A DNA stretch of 64,000 nt from Felis catus (Eukaryota): assembly GCF_018350175.1 (NCBI RefSeq), contig NC_058368.1, forward strand, positions 121,398,001 to 121,462,000. Direction: 5' to 3'. The notes under the pieces are model-generated. The model did no database searches. It had not been told where the DNA came from and saw only the letters and a program-made list of their open reading frames with translations. Shown here piece after piece: positions 58,482-64,000 of this stretch. How positions within the stretch are numbered: position 1 is the stretch's first letter; every line of letters begins with the position of its first letter. The translations under genes were made by a program, and so were the position numbers.

Positions 58482-59337
58482 TGGCAAAAGACATGAATAG
58501 ACACTTCTCCAAAGAAGACATCCAGATGGCCAACCAACACATGAAAAAATGCTCCACATCACTCATCATCAGGGAAATACAAATCAAAACCACAATGAGA
58601 TACCACCTCACACCTGTCAGAATGGCTATCATTAACAACTCAAGCAACAACAGATATTGGTGAGGATGCAGAGAAAGAGGATCTCTTTTGAACTGCTGGT
58701 GGGAATGCAAACTGGTGCAGCCACTCTGGAAAACAGTATGGAGGTTCCTCAAAAAACTAAAAATAGAACTACCCTACGACCCAGCAATTGCACTACTAGG
58801 TATTTATCCACGGGAAACAGATGTGCTGTTTCAAAGAAACACATGCACCCCCATGTTTATAGCAGCACTATCGACAATAGCCAAAGTAAGGAAAGAGTCC
58901 AAATGTCCATCAATGGATGAATGGATAAAGATGTGGTATATCTATACAATGGAGTATTACTCGGCAATCAAAAAGAATGAAATCTTGCCATTTGCAACTA
59001 CGTGGATGGAACTAGAGGCTATTATGCTAAGTGAAATTAGTCAGAGAAAGACAAAAATCGTATGACTTCACTCATATGAGGACTTTAAGAGACAAAACAG
59101 ATGAACATAAGGGAAGGGAAACAAAAATAATATAAAAACAGGGAGGGAGACAAAACAGAAGAGACTCATAAATATGGAGAACAAACTGAGGGTTACAGGA
59201 GGGGTTGTGGGAGGGGGGATGGGCTAAATAGGTAAGGAGCACCAAGGAATCTACTCCTGAAATCATTGTGCACTATATGCTAACTAATTTGGATGTAAAT
59301 TTAAAAATATATAAAAAATAAAACAAGTTATTAAAAA
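58482..59337 (+). mobile_element. LINE-1 3' fragment (same 3' UTR type as 4989-5666)
   Basis: ORFs 58385..58663 and 58688..59065 carry ORF2 end; TSD AAAAGAAATWTCCTAATT (1 mismatch) at 58464-58481 and 59338-59355. Confidence 0.93.
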
Positions 59338-60609
59338 AAAAGAAATATCCTAATTAGCTTGCAATTGGGGGTAACACAATGATTAACAGAATGAACTCCA
59401 GTGTGGGACCAAATGAATTCTAATTCTTCCTGAGTAGACCTGATGCCTTATTTTCCCCATCAATAAAATGGGGATAAAGCACCCACTTTTATAGGGTTGT
59501 GCAGATGAAAACTTTTGTAAAACACTAATGCATGGCACAGAATAATCGGTACATTTAAAACACAAAATAAAATTGGTACATCTTATTATTTTTATTGTTA
59601 CTTGTTCTTTCTAAAGGGAGTTCTTACTGGATTCTTCCAATGAAACTAACTTTAATGTCAGCCCAGTACCATGACAGTGTAAAACATGAACACTTGCAGA
59701 GGCCACAAAGTGAATAAAGTAAAACAATCAGATCGACCAGAAATATTGCCAGTTTCCTTATACAAAACATAAACAGAATAAAACTGTACTAAAGTCTTCC
59801 AAACTGAAAAAGCTCATTCCCATTAACACCAAAAAGAAGAAAAAAGAAAGAAAGACCTGCAAATTCCACATCAGCTAAGGATATCATCATGGGGGAGAGG
59901 GGTTGGTGGGAGGCAATGAGCAACTTGGGACAGAAGAAAAAGCTCTGGACCAGGAGTCGGAAGGCATGTGTTTTCCTGGGAAGCAGGATGACATAGTGAC
60001 TGAAAAATGAATCAATCCCTTTGAGTTCTGATCACTTTCATCCTGTCCTAGTTATAAGAAATCAGACCTGTTAGGTAAGCTCTCTAAGCATGGGGTTCTT
60101 CATCTGTAAACTGCAAATAAGAGTGCCTAACTCAAATAGATTAGTGTGAACACTCAATAAGACAATTCAAATAAAATGCTAAACAAAAAGCATGACACAT
60201 AAGAAATGTCAGTCATTGATATTATTGATCCTAACTCTGCTAGAATTCCAACTCTAATAATTCCTCAACCCCATTGGGTCCTACTGATCATGACCTTTTT
60301 TCACTAATCTTTAGGTGCCTACCACCCCATGTCCTCATTTCTGTCCCTTAAATCCATCTGTATAATTCTTCGGTTTTCCCTTTACCATTCTTGCCTGGCA
60401 AAACTCCATCCATCCGTCCCATCCAACTGCTCTGTTCCTTCACCTAGGCAGCTGAAAGTGGCAAGAGATAAGCACTCAACCATGCTGACTGGCCTCCATT
60501 TAAATTCATGTCCACTAATATCAAGTGATGCCCAGCCACGCTACTAATTTCTGAAATCCACTTCGTTACTCCTTCTCCTAGACTAGTGCTTCTCAACTTT
60601 AATGTGTAT

Positions 60610-60770
60610 ACTGTGCAATACAGTAGCCACTAGCCACACATGACTTGTTAATTTTAAAGTTATATTAAAATTCAGTCCTTCAATTGCACTGGCCACATTT
60701 CAAGGGCTCAGTTGCCACATGTGGCTAGTGGCTCCCAAATTAGTGCAAATATAAAAAGTTCTATTGAGGG
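60610..60770. mobile_element. MER3-like relic within an L2-like region (about 60250-61860)
   Basis: GTAGCCACTAGCCAC and CCACATTTCAAG..GCCACATGTGGCTAGTGGCT motifs; pyrimidine-rich L2-like flanks. Confidence 0.6.
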
Positions 60771-62460
60771 CAATGTCCTGGACAATTGTTTTATGCTTTC
60801 TCCTCTCTCCTCAATCCTCCAACAATTCCTCTTCCATCCTCATTTCTAGCTGTTAATCTTGGTTCTTAATTGAATTAGAAACCAGAAGTGAACAGAAAAT
60901 TTTCACAGCCTCCCTCATCACATCTACCTACCCACATGCCTGTGTACCTATATAGTCTGTCTTCTTTCCTGTTATTATTAACCCTTCCACTGATGCACTG
61001 GATCTCATCCCTTCTGTTCTATTCAGGAACAGCACTTCAGCAATCATCCCTTTTCCACATCAATGTTTCCTTTCTACAGGGTAATTCCCATGAGCATACA
61101 AGTATTGGTAATTTCTTCTACCTTTAAAAAAAAGAAAAGAAAGTCCTCTTTTGACTTTCATCTGTTACCCCAATTCTCTGCTCTCCTTTATAAAATTCCT
61201 CAAGAGTTATCCATACTCATGATATCCAGTCCATCTCTTCCCATTCTTTCTTGAACCCAGCAGCCTTACATGACCTACATCCATCCGCCCATCAATATCC
61301 ATCACATACACTATCATCATTTCCAGTATCACTGTCCTTTGGATATACAACCCTCTTTGCTTTTCACTCAGTGTGGCTTCTGCCTAGATATCGTCTCCTC
61401 CATATAGCTGCATGGCTTGCTCCCTTACCTCCTTTTTGCCACAATGCCACCTTCTTAGAAAAGCCTTTGTTGATCACAGTTGTTTTTTTAAACAAACGTT
61501 TTTTTAATCTTTATTTCTGAGAAAGAGACAGAGACAGAGTGAGAGCAGGGGAGGAACAGAGAGAGAGGGAGACGCAGAATCCGAAGCAGGCTCCAGGCTC
61601 CAAGCTGTCTGCACAGAGCCCAACGCGGGGCTCGAACCCACAAACCGTGAGATCATGACCTGAGTCGAAGTCGGATGCTTATCCGACTGAGCCACCCAGG
61701 CGCCCCTTGATCACAGTTTTAAAACTGCAACCCTACCCCACCTCACACTTAAGAGTCTCCCCTTCCTGCTCTATTTTTGTCAATAGGACTTACTGGCACC
61801 CGACATATTTTACCAAATATTTTAGCATGTAACTCTCTCATACACACACAAAAGTGAACACCATGAATGTAGAGATTTTTGTCTGTTTAAAAAAAATTTT
61901 TTTGTTAAAAGAAGGAACAAAGGGGGCGCCTGGGTGGCTCAGTGGGTTGAGCATCGACTTGGGCTCAGGTCATGATCTCACCACTCGTGGGTTCAAGCCC
62001 CACACTGGGCTCTGTGCTGACAGCTCAGAGGCTGGAGCCTGCTTGGGATTCCGTGCCTCCCTCTCTCTCTTTACCCCTCCCTTGCTCATGCTCTGTCTCT
62101 GTCTCTCAAAAATATATAAACATTAAAAAAAAAAAAACTTTTTTTAAAGGAGGAACAAGGTTACCTACTTCCCTCTCTCCAAATGGGTTTTAGACACGTC
62201 GTGAAATTAACACACGTAACATTAAGTAGTGTGTAAAGTTAAAGATACCAGTTCCGGGCTCAACAGATAGCAAGAAAAGGCGCATCCTCACAACATCCAC
62301 ACCTTTAACGTGGGGGTCAAGGCATTCCCTGTGTTTAGATAAGGATTTTTCCTTTCAGGACAACGGCTACCACATGGAGACCCCAGCTTCTGGCAAAAGC
62401 AAACAGATGAGCCGGGTTACAGGGCTGGGCAGAGCGGACTCTCTTCCCGCCAGAACTCAC

Positions 62461-62466
62461 CGCCAT
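62461..62466 (-). CDS. LARS1: LARS1 exon 1 coding part (M-A)
   Basis: GCC ATG GCG|gtgagt: strong Kozak context and consensus donor in a CpG-containing region. Confidence 0.93.
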
Positions 62467-62900
62467 GGCACCGCCCAACCAATTCTGCAACCCACGACAG
62501 TGACCTCGGCGATCCTCTCAAAGCAGTGATCCCAACCTTTCCCTTCCGTCTGGGGGTAGCCAGGCCTCCCAATACACTGAAGCACACACTTTACACCTGA
62601 TGAGGCAATCGCCCGCTCACAGCTAACTACTGCCCTGTGCATCCCGTAGCCCGCCGGGAATTGTAGTTTCCAGACCACTAGAGCCCAAGTCTAGCAGTCA
62701 CCTATTGACTACAACTCCCATAGAGCAACAGGCTACCGGAAATTGAACCTCTAGGTCACGCTGTGGTGACACCGGTAGTGATGTCAGGGGCATGTTGAAC
62801 TACAAAGTCCATGAGGCTGTTCGAAGTCGCAGACTGCCGCGAACGCGCCTACGGTCCAGTTTCCTGGCCTTCAACCTTTTCACCCCGTGGCGCTGGGTTA
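62467..62900 (-). promoter_or_regulatory. LARS1: LARS1 5' UTR and TATA-less, CpG-enriched promoter
   Basis: CpG-enriched relative to the introns; lies directly upstream of the ATG; no TATA box seen; TSS cannot be fixed from sequence. Confidence 0.85.
62656..62811. promoter_or_regulatory. Cluster of ACTACA-type (ZNF143/THAP11) motifs plus ETS and ATF/CRE-like sites
   Basis: GGGAATTGTAGT 62656-62667 (ACTACAATTCCC on minus); ACTACAACTCCCA 62708-62720; degenerate ACTACAAAGTCCA 62799-62811; ACCGGAAAT 62735-62743; TGATGTCA 62779-62786. Confidence 0.7.
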
Positions 62901-63176
62901 GGTGTCTTGTCAGGATGCCAGGTTGCAAGGTTTATTGGTCTTCAGTGATTGAAGTGCTAATTATGGCTTGCTATTGTGCACAGATATTTAGTGCTGTCTG
63001 TGGCATTCAACAGCCCAGAATTCAGACGTTTTATTGCCATTTATTAACAATCTCTATTTTTAAGCGTGAGGCCGGTAACCTACCGGGTTCCAATGCCAAG
63101 CGCATTATTTCAACTGTACTACCATCTAAGGCTGCCACGTCATATGTGGCTATTTAAGTTTAAAATAAAATTCACA

Positions 63177-63665
63177 GGGCGCCTGGGTGGCGCAGTCGGT
63201 TAAGCGTCCGACTTCAGCCAGGTCACGATCTTATGGTCCGTGAGTTCGAGCCCCGCGTCAGGCTCTGGGCTGATGGCTCAGAGCCTGGAGCCTGTTTCCG
63301 ATTCTGTGTCTCCCTCTCTCTCTGCCCCTCCCCCGTTCATGCTCTGTCTCTCTCTGTCCCCCCAAAAAAATAAATAAACGTTGAAAAAAAATTTTTAAAT
63401 AAAATTCAGTAAAATTTAAAATGCACTTCTTCAGGGGCGCCTGGGTGGCTCAGGGTTAAGGTTCCCAGTTCAGGTCAGGTTCTGACTTCGGCTCAGGTCA
63501 TGATCTGGCCATTTGTGGGTTAGAGTCAGGTTGGAGCCCCGAGCCCCCAGGAACGAGGTCTGTGCTGACAGCTGAGAGCCTGGACTCTCTGCCCCTCACC
63601 CGCTCATGCTTGCTCCCTCTCTCTCAAAAATAAATAAACAGTAAAAAAAAAAAAAAAAAAAAAAA
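63177..63665 (+). mobile_element. Two CAN-SINEs inserted in a MER3/MER33-like hAT relic (about 63110-63800)
   Basis: SINE heads at 63177 and 63434; flanks carry GCCAC..ATGTGGCTATTTAA and TTGCACTAGCCAC motifs. Confidence 0.8.
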
Positions 63666-64000
63666 AGTTTAAAATTTAGTTCTTCAATTGCACTAGCCAC
63701 TTTTTGAGTGCTTGGTAGTCTGTGTGGCCAGTGGTTACCATATCATCTGACAGTGGAGATTTGGAGCATTTCCATCATAGGAAGAAAGATGTACTGAGAA
63801 GCAACCATGCAAGACTTTTACTTTCTGGAGTCAGATTAAATACTCTTACATGCATTTATTTATTAATTCAGTAAATATTCATAAAGCATCTGCAAAGCAC
63901 TTTTGGGGTCAGAGGGGTGCCCAGCTAAATATTGTGTCTTCCTAAAAGACTAAGGGAAAGAAAAATTTTTTAAATAAGAAGTTTAATAAATTAATGAATT

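Noticed and set aside
62792..63157. 121-aa plus-strand ORF as a divergent gene
   Set aside because: No recognisable protein similarity and it runs into a MER relic; probably chance.

Overview
Mammalian genomic DNA, most likely a felid, judged from the SINEC_Fc-type CAN-SINEs and cat-type L1 3' ends. The window holds the promoter and coding exons 1-27 of cytosolic leucyl-tRNA synthetase LARS1 on the minus strand. The ATG is at 62466, and 27 GT-AG-bounded exons join into an uninterrupted 2880-nt (960-codon) frame containing HLGH, the CP1 editing domain and KMSKS. The last exons lie beyond the left edge. The introns are packed with roughly 70 CAN-SINEs, five TSD-flanked L1 3' fragments, the 5' half of an older L1, and ancient L1M, L2, MIR and MER relics. 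The most unusual signal centres on one L1 ORF2 position, TGGCACAAAAACAGACAC. Two independent ~1.4-kb L1 insertions start exactly there and share derived amino-acid changes, and a tailless 24-nt TSD-flanked micro-insertion derives from the same spot. This suggests a discrete L1-derived RNA or non-autonomous retroposon with a fixed 5' end (inference). Short 3'-transduction tags offer a way to find source loci.
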